58,302 nucleotides of DNA, filler included, from Blastocystis sp. subtype 4 (GCF_000743755.1; 2 parts of 2 records of this genome joined end to end with filler, not necessarily neighbours in it), one strand, 5' to 3'; positions 35,868 through 49,795 are shown, numbered from the whole stretch's first letter. Made by a program: numbers and translations. Notes: generated by a model from the sequence alone, not told the origin.

Positions 35868-36246
35868 AATAGCCATCACTCTCATGCTCACTATCTCGTT
35901 CCACATCCTCTCCTTCTTCATCGTCTCCATATGGAGAAGCATTTACCTTTTCAAGCTCATCAATCCACCGAGCATATATATCTACTGGCGCTGTCAATAC
36001 TAACGATAATTAAAAAACCAAATTCCGTACCTCCAACAGGCATCGAAAAGTGAGCTTTACAAACTGAACATTCAATACTTCCTTTGTTTATCCTTTTATC
36101 TCTATATGTTAGATAAACTACTGAACAAACTACATAGTACACTTACAACATTTGGGATAACTACACTTTGGACAATTGAAAACCACAGCGAGTTTGGCTA
36201 CCGTCTTCTTAACAACTTTCTTCAGCGATTTCTTTCGTTTTCCCAT
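35868..36246 (-). CDS. ELOF1: Transcription elongation factor Elf1/ELOF1; stop codon probably completed by poly(A)
   Basis: MGKRKKS...FNCPKC...GSIECSVCKAHF...LTAPVDIYARWID plus an acidic tail; two introns. Confidence 0.92.
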
Positions 36247-36324
36247 TTGAAATAGTCTCAAATTGATTGAAACCAAGACTGTACAAATCGTGGGATCCCC
36301 ATCAACCACTTCAACAAACATGTC

Positions 36325-37733
36325 TTACAAAAAGGCATTCCAATCAAAAACAACTTTAGCACGAAGCTTCTTTCCACAAGAACAGCTACTCATCACATCA
36401 CTTGAATTGCCATACGTGAATGGTTCCAACAAAAAAGACCCCACTATCGAGTTACAACCACCAGGACACTTTAGTTCACCTCTACCCATGGATGGAAACA
36501 GATATTCTTACGGAGTACAACGTAACTGTTGCCGAATCCAACCACAACAATCAGCGCAGCAATTACAACCACCCTCCAAACCACGGAAATCTCCCCATTC
36601 TTTGCACCGCATTACATATTGGAGGAGAATACGTCGAATCTGCTGTCGTTGGATATTACTAAGTGGTGTTTGAACAACGTCATCAAGACAACTCATTCTA
36701 CCAGTTCATCATAAACTCAACGCCTACACGCTGTCAACAGTATTCGAAGCCTCTTCCGACACATTCTCAGCAACAAACCCATCCTCTAAGGATTCGCTGG
36801 ATTCTTTTATTACTGAAAGTATTCTTTTAGATAGATTAAAGTCATGGGAGTAGTCCCATCCATGAACACAAAAACTACAAATCACGTGTCTCAACAATAG
36901 ATACCGATTGCGCATAATTAGAATTGTTTTACACTTCTTACAATAGAATGGACGAACAAATGATGACATCAAATTGATTATCGTTGTAGTTCCGTGAGAT
37001 GAAATGTAAGATATTTGAGGGAGACACATCTCAAGTGGGTCTTCTACAGCTTCAATTTCTATTTATCAAATTGTTAATCTACACGAACCCTCGCTAAATG
37101 TATCGAAGAAAGTCTTGAAGTGGTTTGACCTGTAATCTTCTTCTGCCTGAAACTCATTTCCCTTGTGCAATCCATAAGAGAGTAATTGGGCGTTAAAACC
37201 TGATCATGAAGTGTGAATGACAATTGAACCAGAATTCAATTCCACGCGACAAACATTTCTAATACACCCAACAGCATCATCATATGTATAATCTAACTGA
37301 CTAATCAAGTAAGCGATAATCACTGCTGGTGACCGAGAATAACCCTGACGACTATGTATCAGAAACCCTTCATATCCAAACCAATGAACAAGGATATTTC
37401 CTTCCGAAATGGCTAAAGAGATAAAGAGGTTTGTCACTGGAGTAATCGATAAAATGTCTGATTCAGCATTATCATTAATAAGAATCCGTAGAATTTTAAA
37501 GGACTACAAAACATAGCAGAATCAGAAATCTACGCTAGAATAGTTTCTATTCACCCCTCCTAAATTCAAAATGTGAGTAATTCCTTCGTTCTTAAGCACA
37601 TTCTCATCACCAGCTGGAAAAGAAGAACTTATGTAGATATGGTCACAGACTTTTATCAGACCAGGATCCTAGGACTCATTTTCAAGTGATAACTAGTCAC
37701 ATCACACTGGAGAGTTGGTCTCCTTTTCAACAT
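36325..37733 (-). CDS. Dual-specificity phosphatase, DUSP12/YVH1-like
   Basis: After splicing intron 37352-37381 the active site reads VHCRQGYSRS. C-terminal zinc-binding pieces FYCKKCK, GELKCPGGCNSIVGSF and CSCG. TAA at 36325-36327, motif at 36313-36320. Confidence 0.8.
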
Positions 37734-37863
37734 TTAATTTTGATATCCTCGCAATCAGTAGAGACGATTTTGGGATCTCCTTTCCTTTGAGGATTGAGTT
37801 GGATTGACAGGGAGTTATGGGTCGGTTGGTTGAACCCGCGGTTTTCTAACAAACATAATCTCA

Positions 37864-40800
37864 TCAAAGAATCTGCATATTCTTAATGACGTAAGTGATT
37901 AAAGGAAGTAGAGAGGATGCATGTTCAGAATCACTCGTATATGGATTCACAGGATTGTATAATTCATCCTTTCTCTGGATAACACCGAAGAGAGCATTCG
38001 CACGTGTTAACCGCATTAATAACTCATTGCTACGGAAGACACTCATGATCAAACCACTAATCTTTGCTTCGTCTCTTAAATGACCCCTAGCTCTCAACCA
38101 CTCCAATCAATTATACTTGTAAGTATCAATACGTGTAATATACAAACCGCAAATTAGCTCGAGAATAGGAAGAGGATCAGGCAATGTCACATACATGATT
38201 GTTGTCACATCTGGAACAAGGAACGAACGGAAGTATGCTCCCACAGTGACCAAAACGATGATATATAAACCAGTAATCGAAGCCGAACCCAAGGATGAGA
38301 TGCTACTTGCCAAAAGTTCTACAGATTATTTCAATTCCATTAATCAACGGGACAATTGCGTTTCATTGATCACCCAGAAATCGACACCATTCTCAAACAC
38401 AGGATTGTCAGGATTATCACTTGATACGACCCAATAGTACTGTGTAGAGAAAGCCTCTGAATAAGCAGTCTTCAAACTCAGTTGTAGACTATTGTAACGA
38501 CTCTCATCTGTATCGAAGTTCGTGGGCTCTGTTGCATCATTCAGATAGTACAGACGAGAATACCTACAAATTATGGAATTCCAAAAATCCCCCACAAATT
38601 CGGGAATGTGATGGTATCTTGATTGAGATCAAAGGTTGGTGAGGTGAAGTTGAGCATTCGCAACAAGGCATCACACTGGTTCTGTTTGAATGTCTCTGAG
38701 ATAGTGTTCCGTACAGTCTCCGATCCCTCAGGGAGATTTCGAGTAAGACCCACATTAACCTGAAGTTCAACATTGGTACAGTTCTCTTCAACAACAGAAA
38801 CGATGCGATCAACATACTCCTCCAGAATCGTCCAGGGCTGATTGGACTATAGATCAGTCAGAATGACAATACGTACAATTGATGGAATAGTAACCTTCTG
38901 AGCCTCTGTAGCCCACTTCGGAAGCAAGACAGTCTTTCCTGAAGATTCTATGGATAACGAGAGAGAGAAGAATCGACCTCTGAACATGGTCTGCCATACA
39001 GCATATTCACTTCGACTAACATCTGTTATCTTTCCACTATTAGTAGATGAATAGATATGAAGTGGTTCTCCAGCCACCTAAACTGAATTCGATCCTTCGT
39101 ATCATACCATCAAATTCACTTCAAGAGATGTTCCTGTTACTGGATTTGATACCAAAGCAGATGAATCAGATGAGAACAACATTAATGGAAGTAGAAGTAA
39201 CAGCACAATCAGAATAAGCATACTGAAACCCCACATCATCTTCTCCATTAGTGATCTACCTTCACCTCGATTCCTTTCAGTGTCCTTTTGACTATTCAAG
39301 GCCTTATACTTTCCAACGAACATGGTATTACGAATCTCTTCAATTCGCATATAGTTCCACAAATCACATGATGTGTCAGTAACAGACCAATCAATGAGAC
39401 AGTTCAATTCATATAAGAATGGAATCATTCGATAAACCATGTTAATCATATAAGGCTTCATACTAAACTCCATTGCCACCACCTTCTCAATATACTGATC
39501 CTTAGTTGGATAGCTAGGATAAGAGGAAACAATTCATATCTACCCTGAACGAATCTGAAGAACTGAGACCCATAAATACATCATCATGAAGAGATAGAAG
39601 AAGATAAGATAACCATTCTTAAGGAAATGTGTTTGTGTTTGACTAGGAACAATTATGAAACAGTAGATATGAAGAAGTATTGAGAATATGAGATGAAGAT
39701 AATACTTCACACGAAGCATTCGCTAGGACTAACGTAGAATGATGAAGAAGATACACGAACGAAGAAGATTCTCTCCAATACAATATCGATCACAATCACA
39801 CACATCCAGGCTACAGTTCCTGATTGAATTGTACCGCTAGTTACAGTCTTTGAGAAAGCATACTATCCTATAAAACTCATTCATCATTCCAACATTCATT
39901 TTGGTCATATCACCATAGAATAAGAACACATATATTAAAATGACTCCTTGAATGATAAGTGTTGGCCTACACTGAATTATTCTTCATATTCTTACACATA
40001 GTAGTCATGACCAAATTTAAAAGGATGGGTTGTAGCAGTAGGATCTCGAAGTAGATATGAATCCGGGAACATGGTACATAAGAAGTCCTGATACTAGCAA
40101 ATAAGCATAAACAAGAAATACCATACCCAAGAAGGATAACGACGGAATCGTAAGATTGCTGGATCTGTTTCTTTGTGAATCAGACTAAGAATGACACAGA
40201 AGAGAATGATTCACTCTTTCACAGGCATATGAGGATTCGCAATAACATCTTCCGTCTCTTCTGTTTCTTCTGCTGGTTGCTCTTTCTGCAACTTAGATCT
40301 TAACAGAATACATACTTTGGCTTCTTCTAATAGAAGAGATTCAGCTGATTGTTTATCTAATGAGAATGCTCGAAGTCTCACTTGGAAGAATACAAAGACA
40401 AGTAACAGAAGTAAGTCCCAAATGATGCTACTGAAGATTGGAGGATCCTATGCATTACTAATCATTCAATTATTCACATATTCACTGTCAGTTTTGAAGA
40501 AACCAATAATATGAAGCCACTGGAAGGAATTTGGTACATAGTCCGTCTCAGGCTTCTCATGTACCTAGCAATTATTCAATTCATAAGAATCAACCAGACC
40601 ACTAAACTTCCATACACCATCTGTCAAATACTGACTAACGAAACTAGTTTGGATTAGGAACTTGACAATAATCACAGCTGTTCTAGAGATAACATGAAAA
40701 GAAGAAACTCACAAGACAACAGAACTAATCCAGTAGAAGGTGTACGGAATATGAAGAGGGAACAAGGCAGCATAACAGAGATAGAAACACATTAGAACCA

Positions 40801-43800
40801 CATTAAAGATATCACCTCGTAAGATCATGAACAATACAAGAAGAAGAGTTAAGAGCTTCTGAAGACTTTGGAAATTACGCCATTTCTGAGAGAACTGAAT
40901 GGTAGGTCGTTTAAACATCTTTAGAACCTTCTTAGCTCGAGATTTTGCTTCAGGTGAGATTTCATCAGAATCAAGCTCCTATCATGAATTACTACTCCAA
41001 ATCGTACCTCAGTATCAGTATACACAGTAAGAGGAAGAATCATATTGAACCATTCAATCAGCTGATACAAATTCGATCCCTTCTCATGATTGGCTGAACG
41101 GAATATATACAAATAATCCTGTTTCAAGTGATCCCATTGAATCTAATCATAAGAAGAAGCATTCATTATAACAATCAAACGAATGTAACTACGATCAGGA
41201 TTCTCTTTATCAGGGAAGTAACGAGCATTAACAACATAGCACAGATCATACCTTCCAAGTTCTTTAGATTTCTTCCGTAGGAGAATTCTATACATGAAAG
41301 ATATGAATCAAAGCATACTCTCGAGTCTGAGTATTCAATAGCATATCACAGTTCTCAAGCTCTTTCATCTCAGAGTTTGTAACAGGAATGAAATTCAGTT
41401 TTTGCTTAGGTTCAGGAGACTTCTTTCCATAACTCAGTGACTTGGTTCCACTACCAAACTCTTTCACACGTTCCTCATGAATTGAATACTCCAACTCATC
41501 CAAATCAATCTCAGGCTCTGTGTAGTGGAATGTCTCAATACGTTGCATTTGAGCAGGACTATCATACACGAATTTACTGATCTTCACACGAACCTTAGAC
41601 CAGAGATAAGTATCCACATTCTGTGTAGGAGGAGTACGAATGGCATTTGGGGTTGTAGCAACAGAAGTTCGACCTTGTACAAACAGACAGCATACATTAA
41701 AGTGATATGAACAGTTCGGCTTCAGCTGTGTCACATCAATTGTTACTTGATGATCCACAATCATCTCATTGGGATACAGAATCTCTTCATCCACATGCTT
41801 CATGTTTGGAACATCGTCATTCCTCTCCTTCCGAATACCAACAATGAAACCTGTGATTGTCTCCTCAATAGGCCAAGTCTGTTCGTTTACACGGACTACG
41901 AGACGAGCTGAATAAGGACCAGTAACTTCAACCGATTCAATTGTAGGAGGAAGAACAAATCGATCATCCTTAGCGGCATAGAGCTGACTATCCACGAAGA
42001 GAACCTTATTCAGAATGATACACAATTGATTGTAAAGCAACGAAGTGATGGTTGTGACCTCTTTCTCACGCAAAACCAATCGTTTCTTCCAAATACTCAT
42101 CAAATTCTTGTTGTTAACAGCAGCTTGAAGGAGTGATTTCACATCATGACGATTCACAGTACTGTATATCTCGCTCGTTTGAATGAGATACCCGATATTC
42201 ACAATGATGTTGATAATGACAATACTCAGAATACCTCCTTCTATCACATAGGGTCCTGGACATTCCGTAAGTCCTTCTTCAGCTATCGTAGTGTTGAGTG
42301 AACAAGTGGGATTACCAACATAGGAACGATATACCGTCTTACTGAGACCAATGAGTTGCATCCAGGGAATACAAGTACCATCCAGTTGACATGAAGCAGG
42401 TTCTGGGAAGAAAGGAAGTTGATAAGCCACAATGATAGCAAGGTGAAGGAAAGCATACCACTTGACAAACCGAATGGCTTTACTGTCCACTTGTTTAATA
42501 GCTCCTGGATGGAAGAGGAAATACAGTGAATAGATGAGATAAACACTACTTAACAGATTGGTATTGGTAACAGATGCAAGGAAGATAATCACAAGAGTAA
42601 TATTATGAAGCTGTAACGTAAACCAGGATCGAATTCCATCCATCAATGAAGGACGTTCTGGTTCATGGGAGGTCTCATGATCTTCAGGATCCATTTGAAC
42701 CATTTCCACTTCCTTTGGTTCAGTTTCAGATATCTCTGTAGCCTCCTTCATCTCACGAGCAAGTTGAGCTTGAATAACCAAGCAGAACATGGTTATGGTA
42801 TTAGGAATCATATAAACAGATGAGATGTTGGCAATCATCAAATAATTCCTCACTTGATCATTCAATGTACCCATTTCTAACCATTCAGTCAAGAGAGTCT
42901 TATTCGGCACAATATACAAACCATATTCTAAGAAGAGAAGGATTGCTAAGAATACTGCAATGAATGGAGCAGCACAATATGATTTAAGGTTTGCTGTAAG
43001 AGGAATAATCAACAAGACATTAAGAAGAGAATTGAAGTTATCTGTTCCACAAGCCACAGTCATCATTCCAATGTTTATCAAACGAATGATGTCCAACAAA
43101 TTGTGATTACAGAATGAGATCACCTCATATACAAACAATAACCAATTCTTCTTTACACGTAACCAAAATATATGCTTTGTTGGGACATTATGATTTTCTA
43201 TGTATTTCTGGAATACACGGAATAACCACCAATTTCTAATTGATGTATGAATGGTCTTTGGCTCTTCTTTCGGAGTAGGAGTATCCAATGTATCACTCTC
43301 AGAATTCTCTTCACTCGATTCTTCCTCCGAACTCTCATCACTTGCAATAGGCACAGGAGTCATTTCACAAGCACTAATATCATCCTCAATAGCTTGAGTA
43401 TACTGAAGATACTGATGACGCATGATAAATGTGCTTAGACGATATACTTCGTCATAACTATTATCAACTCGAACACGACAATGAGCTTCCAATGTCTTCT
43501 CTTCCTCTGTCTTTGGTCGTTTATTCTCTTTCTCCTCAATACTTCGTAATCTCTCCACAGTTCGTTCTCCAGCTTTATCAACACTATGATTGGCTGCACA
43601 AATAGCAACCACTAGGAAGTAGTAGAAGATTGCACGGAAGCATCCAGTAGTAAAATCCAAATAGTCACGCGATCCAAACGTAGGATATACAGAAGGCAAA
43701 GTTCGAGGAACATATTTCTTCATTCCCGTGATTCTAAAAATGATGAACAGAATTCATAACAACGTCAGAACGATAGTCTCAGTAGTATTAGCAACAAGTT

Positions 43801-46592
43801 TCACTCCATTCTCAGACACAATGTTATCATTCCATGAGAACTGGGCAATAAATCGAGCCAGAATGAAGATTGAAGCAGGAATGACATACCATTTGTAAAT
43901 ATTACGCCAACGAGGTTGACTACGGATTGATACAAATGAACTGATCTAAATATGAAGGAATACCAAGAAGAATACCAAGAAGAAGATGTACAAAACATAA
44001 GACATAACGTCCTCTTCAATGAAGCTTATCAGTACAACCACAATGAAGAGTAATTTGGGGAAATGATTATAGAAGAAGAGTTTTGTTAAGGACCAATTTG
44101 TTAACCATTTCTGATCCTCTTCAGGAGTTGTTGTATCATTCTTTTCTACTTCTTCTTTATCAGCTTGTACTTCTCGTTCTAATGAATCTCTCTTCTATAG
44201 AATAAGGAAATGCATGCAAATGAACATGAATATAAGAAATACGTGAAACTCCGATCATAATGCGAATGAAGAATCGTAGAAGATAGAAAAAAACATCACC
44301 ATCAGACACAGCAGATACTACAGATTAGAGAATAAGATAAAAATGAAACCAATATCAGTAGACTCAAAAAGACCTAATTCAATAGGAGACAGTGTACCAA
44401 TGAATCCAGTTAGTGTTGGTTTGAATACATCAAACATACAGAGATATCTAATAATAATCCAATAATAATGGAAATACGAATAAACGAACAATAATGCTTC
44501 AACTATCACAGATATGTACCATAATAGGATGGATTCATTGGATAACACATGATGAGATACAATGATACACAATATGAATAATGATAAGGCTGTCATATAG
44601 GTTGGAATATTACTACAAACAGTAGCATAATAGAGAACGTAGAATATCCAAATACTGTTCTTCTATCAAATGATAAGAATGATTGAATGAATACCCATAG
44701 TCTCAGTCCACCTTTCTTCGATTCAATAGTTCTTCTATCAATAAGCTTCATAACAATCATTCTACTTCTGATCCTCTATCTTGTCGAATATTAACGTGAG
44801 ATAATTGAAGCCGGCTAATGCCATAATCACTCCATTCACAATTGAATAGAAGTTGTATACATTTACTGGCTCAATGGTATCCGTAGAATAACCTCCTCGT
44901 AAGCCAAATAGTTCAAATATATCACTATGAGTATCTTCCTAAAATATGAGAGATTTGTGGAATTCCAAATACAGGGAATAATAAACTAACACCAATTTTA
45001 ATCACTGATATGATTGAAGAATACCAAACTTGGAAATTCCAAATATTCGCGAAATTTGAGAACACAAAGAGGAAGAGAAGGATTCCCATAGTCAAATCAG
45101 GTGAGATCAAACAAGTGAGAACACAAGCAATCAGGAAAAGTAGACGAATGACATGATAAGTTCGTGAAGGAGATGGAACACGAAGATAACGAGGATAGCA
45201 GCATTTCTTCTTATCAAGGTTACGACTCATCTGGAAATGAATCATGACTCTCATGATATACCATTGCAAACCATCCCATGAAGAATAGGAAACAATAAAT
45301 GAACCAGTTCACATTCTTGAAATCAATAAGACCACCTAAGATGAAATAATAGACCCGAATATTGGATTTCAAAAATTCTGATACTCCCGCGGAAAAGATA
45401 TAATAGACGATACCGATAAGAAGGACATAGCTAAAGGAAAGAGAAGAAAGAATGCTTACATAATCAAAAGATTCTGTGTCCATCGCTTTGGAGAAATGAC
45501 CACAGCATCCTCTATCTTACGAGCCGAAACAAGAACCATATTAACTGTTGAGATGAGAAGAAGAATCATAGTAAGAATGGAAGGATACATAAAGATCCAA
45601 ATGATGATCATGACATTCTGAACAAAGATACCCACAGGACTATTAACAAAATGATAGAGGCTAGAACTCAAGAAAGATAAGCAACAGTACAAGACTTTGA
45701 TGATTCGCACACGATTCTCGAAATTGGCTTGGGCTTTCGATTTCACACTATTATGGTTAACTGTCTTCACTTTCAGTTCAGAAGGAACCAAAAGAAGAGT
45801 AGCATAAGCAGCTATAAGAACGAGTTTAGCCCAAATGAATTTGGATGAGGATAAGGAGTCACCCAATGTAATATCTGTGATATAATGACACCAGAATCGA
45901 GAAGAAGACCAAATGAGATAATCTAATATCAACCACACACAGTAGAGGGTCTTCTGAGAAGGAGATAGAAGAGTATGAGAATCCTCAGAAGACAGAGACC
46001 ACTTCGCAAAGAGGAAGGTGAAACAGATCACCTGAATGAAATGATAAACTGAATGACCCAAAAGGAACGAAATTACCATGAGAATCAGCGGTACTACGAT
46101 ATGACAACGAATTGGTTTAGGCTCTTCCTCTGAAGACTATAGATTAATAAAGAGATATAATTCCTACAAGGAATTTCGTTGCCAAACGGAGAATGAGGAG
46201 GACAAAGGAAACCACAATGACAACTATATCAACTGCAATTACACCTCCAATAGATTCTCCTTCGGCTAAGGGATAAATTCCGAGATCAACGGGAAGCTAG
46301 AAATCATCACCTTCCACCAAGAATCGTACTTCCTTTCCATTCGCATTAACAACTATAGACAGCACCAGATGGGCAACGCTGGAGATGATAGAAAGTAGTG
46401 GGGCAACAATAGAAAAAGAACGAGCATAACTAGAGATTGAACGAATCAAAATGAAAATAGATATGGACGTAATTATACTAAATACGGATCCATCACTTCC
46501 TGTGGCCCACAACAGAAAGATTCCATACAGACCAGAAACAATAGGTAGTACTCTATGGTTGACTCCATTCTACTTACTACCCACAGTGACAT
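37864..46592 (-). CDS. PIEZO: Piezo-family mechanosensitive ion channel
   Basis: Very long multi-TM gene. Anchor motif PFLYELNCLIDWSVTDTSCDLWNYMRIEEI, outer helix LLLLLPLMLFS, inner helix SITGLYIIVLVTVGAYFR, IMYVTLPDPLPILEL, and C-terminal VFRSNELLMRLT. Motif at 37848-37855. Confidence 0.9.
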
Positions 46593-46631
46593 GTCCTAAA
46601 ACTGGTTTTCTGTACTAACACGACAACCGTC

Positions 46632-46649
46632 TGATTCCCGCGGGAATCA
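46632..46649. promoter_or_regulatory. Perfect 18-bp palindrome TGATTCCCGCGGGAATCA in a divergent promoter
   Basis: Seen directly, between the Piezo start (46592) and the next gene start (46803). A regulatory role is inferred. Confidence 0.5.
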
Positions 46650-46802
46650 ACATATCGTACTGATGATGGGATTAACAAGGGATGGACTCCAATCGATGTG
46701 TTCCGACTCAACGATGTAACAAAAGCAAAAACAGAAAACCTGAGCATTTTCCTGGAAAGTTCTCCGCCTTTATTCATTCCCTATCTTATTGAAACTATCA
46801 TT

Positions 46803-48117
46803 ATGGACTATCAAAGTATTTGGGAGGACTGTATCTACAAGATGGAGGATCTGGGATGCTCTATCGACGAGTTGTCCGCAACTGAATTGCCTAAGTTGCC
46901 TCTAGGTCAGGATTGTTGTGTTGGACCAATCATTCTATCGGTTATGAATGATGTAGTAGATTTAGAAGGGAGTAATGAATAGATCCAAAGTCTGGAAAAC
47001 CGTCTTGCAGGCGACCATCTAATGTGTGTTGAATACTCATTGGATGATTATCTTCCTTTTGCATATCAAAGAGGGTTTGAGTCTTAGGACCTGTTGAGAC
47101 ATAGATTTCTGAAGTATGGGGACGACGAAATGCTGAATACACTGATGGCAATCGTATTTCTGTTAGAGGAGTTGCAGATGAACCGAATTCTGTTTTATCG
47201 TCGTAGTCATGCTAAGCAGAGTATTTTGTCTCCAAATCGGAATGTTGAAGGATTGAAACAGCGAGTGGGTGAAAAGGAGTTCGATGATGGTTAGGTGAAT
47301 GATTTGGCGATCAGCGTTACAGGATCAACAACGACGGAATCTGCTATTCATGATATCTATTCGTTCTGTGAAGTAATGCAATGGGTTGTGTCATTAGTTT
47401 AGCGTTTTAACCCTCATTTGCTGGATCGCTCAGTCTACTCTGCAGAGGACATTGAAAAACTGGCAAAATACAACCAGTTTTGTGATTCGCTCTATCACAA
47501 TAAGAAGATTATGATGGTTCAGCGTCTCGATGTTACGATCCAGAGTCTGTTGTGGAACCAGCCCCAGAAGTTCGATACAACGAAGATTGGAGAACTGCGG
47601 AACGAAATTGACATCACTCACGTTTTTTCGGTGGATACAGTATTTGATTCTAGAAGGAGCGTAAGAGTGAAATCCCTTCTTTAGAATAGTTGTTAAATCG
47701 TGTTTTCAAGGTTAGCACGGCAGCTTACAAGAATAAGGGCAGTTTCAGAAACACTCGAATCGCTGCAGTTCCAGATCGAGGTGGTCGTGTGACAGATGAC
47801 ACAGTATCAGTAGAACCTGTCCCAAAGTCGACGGTAGAGTTGAGTGGAGGTGTTGAACCTAGAACAAACGTCTTTATGATCCAAAACAATATGAGGCTTC
47901 AGTGAAGACAGGGAAGGTGGAAGTCACTTCTGAGAAGAATGATAGTGTACAATCTCCCCCCGAATTCAGTGAAGTTCAGAAGGTTCTAACTGTTTTTGGA
48001 TCGGAAATGAAAAGTGACAATGTTGTTAAAGCCTCCAATTCCCGAAAGAAAGTATGTTGGGACTATCGTAAAGGTTATTGTAAGTATGGAGATAAGTGTA
48101 AATATTCACATGACTAA
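46803..48117 (+). CDS. Hypothetical multi-exon protein with a C-terminal CCCH zinc finger
   Basis: Short ORFs separated by ~30-nt GT-AG introns, ending KVCWDYRKGYCKYGDKCKYSHD* (C-x7-C-x5-C-x3-H). Confidence 0.65.
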
Positions 48118-48178
48118 CTGGATTTGTTTCTTGTCAATTGAAACGAAGATGAAGGATAGGTGTCACTATCTATTTTCA

Positions 48179-49073
48179 ATGCAGTCACTAACCAGAATTG
48201 CTCTTATTACAGGAGCTGCTTCCGGATTCGGAACTGCCACAGCGCGATTACTCGCCTCTCATGGAATCAAAGTAGCCTGCTGTGATCGATCTTTCATTCA
48301 CAAATCACCAAGTTCGGATTTGGTGGATTCTATTCAGGGAGAGGGGAATACCCTCTTCTGTGGGATGGATACTCTTAACCCTAATGACGTTTGGCTAGTG
48401 TAGAATGATTATTTAAAGGTCGAAAATGTACTTGATACAATTCAAGCAGCATATGGCCAAGCTCCCACCATTCTGGTGAATACAGAGCATTCAGTAGCAG
48501 GAGAAGAAGTAACTAGTCTATAATCCATCTAACGTAGATTCTTGGAAAAATGCGTAACCCCCATTCGCTTGAGTCTTTTAGAGAAGTCATTGACCGCAAT
48601 GTAGTTGGAGACTTCAACCTTGTTCGTCTAGCAGTCCGACGAATGACTGAAAATCCACGCTCCGTAGATGGGGAGAGAGGAGTGATTATCAACACATCTA
48701 GGTTTGCCAATTTCATTTCTTAACACATAGTATGGCTGCAGTCGATGGATCGGGAGCAATGATTGCCTACTCAACGGCGATGGCGGCAATTTCTGGAATG
48801 ACCCTTCCGCTTGCTCGATCTCTTGGCCGCTATGGAATACGTTGTGTTTGTATTCAACCAGGGTTATTCAATACCTCCGAGATGAAAGAATACGAAGATA
48901 CGGTCAACCTCCTCACAAGGATGACTCCATTCCCAAGACGACTTGGAGATCCTGAAGAATTTGCCAGTCTTGTAGAAGTAAGCATTACTATCTTCATATT
49001 CCTGTAGACTGTCATTTTGAATCCAATGTTGAATGGCTGCAATATCCGTCTGGATGGAGGAATCCGGTCATAA
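48179..49073 (+). CDS. SDR, HSD17B10/HADH2-like, with the catalytic Lys replaced
   Basis: ALITGAASGFG, DGERGVIINTS, AYSTAMAAISGMTLPLARSL, PFPRRLGDPEEFASLV, NPMLNGCNIRLDGGIR. TAA at 49071-49073, motif at 49077-49084. Confidence 0.88.
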
Positions 49074-49114
49074 AAGTGTTTGTTGTTACCACTGACTTTT
49101 TGTCTTCTGGGTAC

Positions 49115-49795
49115 ATGGAGAGCTCTGAAGACGCATACAAGTCGGAGTGCTTTTCAACAGGAGACTCTCCTCTTTGGTGTGAATCCCGAATGAAGGTAAG
49201 AAAGGATTTATTTTCCAAGGTAACAACTTATCGAGGCTCTAAGAATCATCCCCAATCGTTTGATTCGAGCCTTACTGAAGAGGATGGTCAATGGGAAGGA
49301 GAATCATCATCGCCGCCTCCTCCAAGTGGGACTTTTTCTCCTTTAACTCCTTCCGTATCGAAAGAGTTGAACAGTCCGTTAGTCTTGGATGGAGATAGTT
49401 TGTTCACTGGATCCCTTTCTCCAGATGTGAAAGAAAGGCCCTTTTCGTTAGTTAGTGAACGTGGAAAGAGTCCACCTTCATCAATTGGTTATGCAAGAGG
49501 ACAGAGTACAGTTTCTGGATTTGAGTCCTCTGCGAGAGTTAGATTATCTCCTCTAAGAAGGAATGGAAATAGTTCGTTTTCGTGTACAATTTGGGAAAAG
49601 AAGGTTACTCGTTCCATTCCACACGTCCCTGATTCGAGAACTCAAGTTCACGATTCTCAGTGTTCACTTCAGGTTGACTCCACATCGACACTGCAAGATA
49701 ACAAGAATTGTATCAATTGTATCACGTTAAATGATGTGGAACAAGTCGTCTCATTTGTGATGGACCGAATTCTCTTCTTTGTTTCTTCTAAGTAA
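49115..49795 (+). CDS. Hypothetical Ser/Pro-rich protein
   Basis: Uninterrupted ORF from ATG 49115; no recognisable domain. Confidence 0.5.
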   Translation: MESSEDAYKSECFSTGDSPLWCESRMKVRKDLFSKVTTYRGSKNHPQSFDSSLTEEDGQWEGESSSPPPPSGTFSPLTPSVSKELNSPLVLDGDSLFTGSLSPDVKERPFSLVSERGKSPPSSIGYARGQSTVSGFESSARVRLSPLRRNGNSSFSCTIWEKKVTRSIPHVPDSRTQVHDSQCSLQVDSTSTLQDNKNCINCITLNDVEQVVSFVMDRILFFVSSK

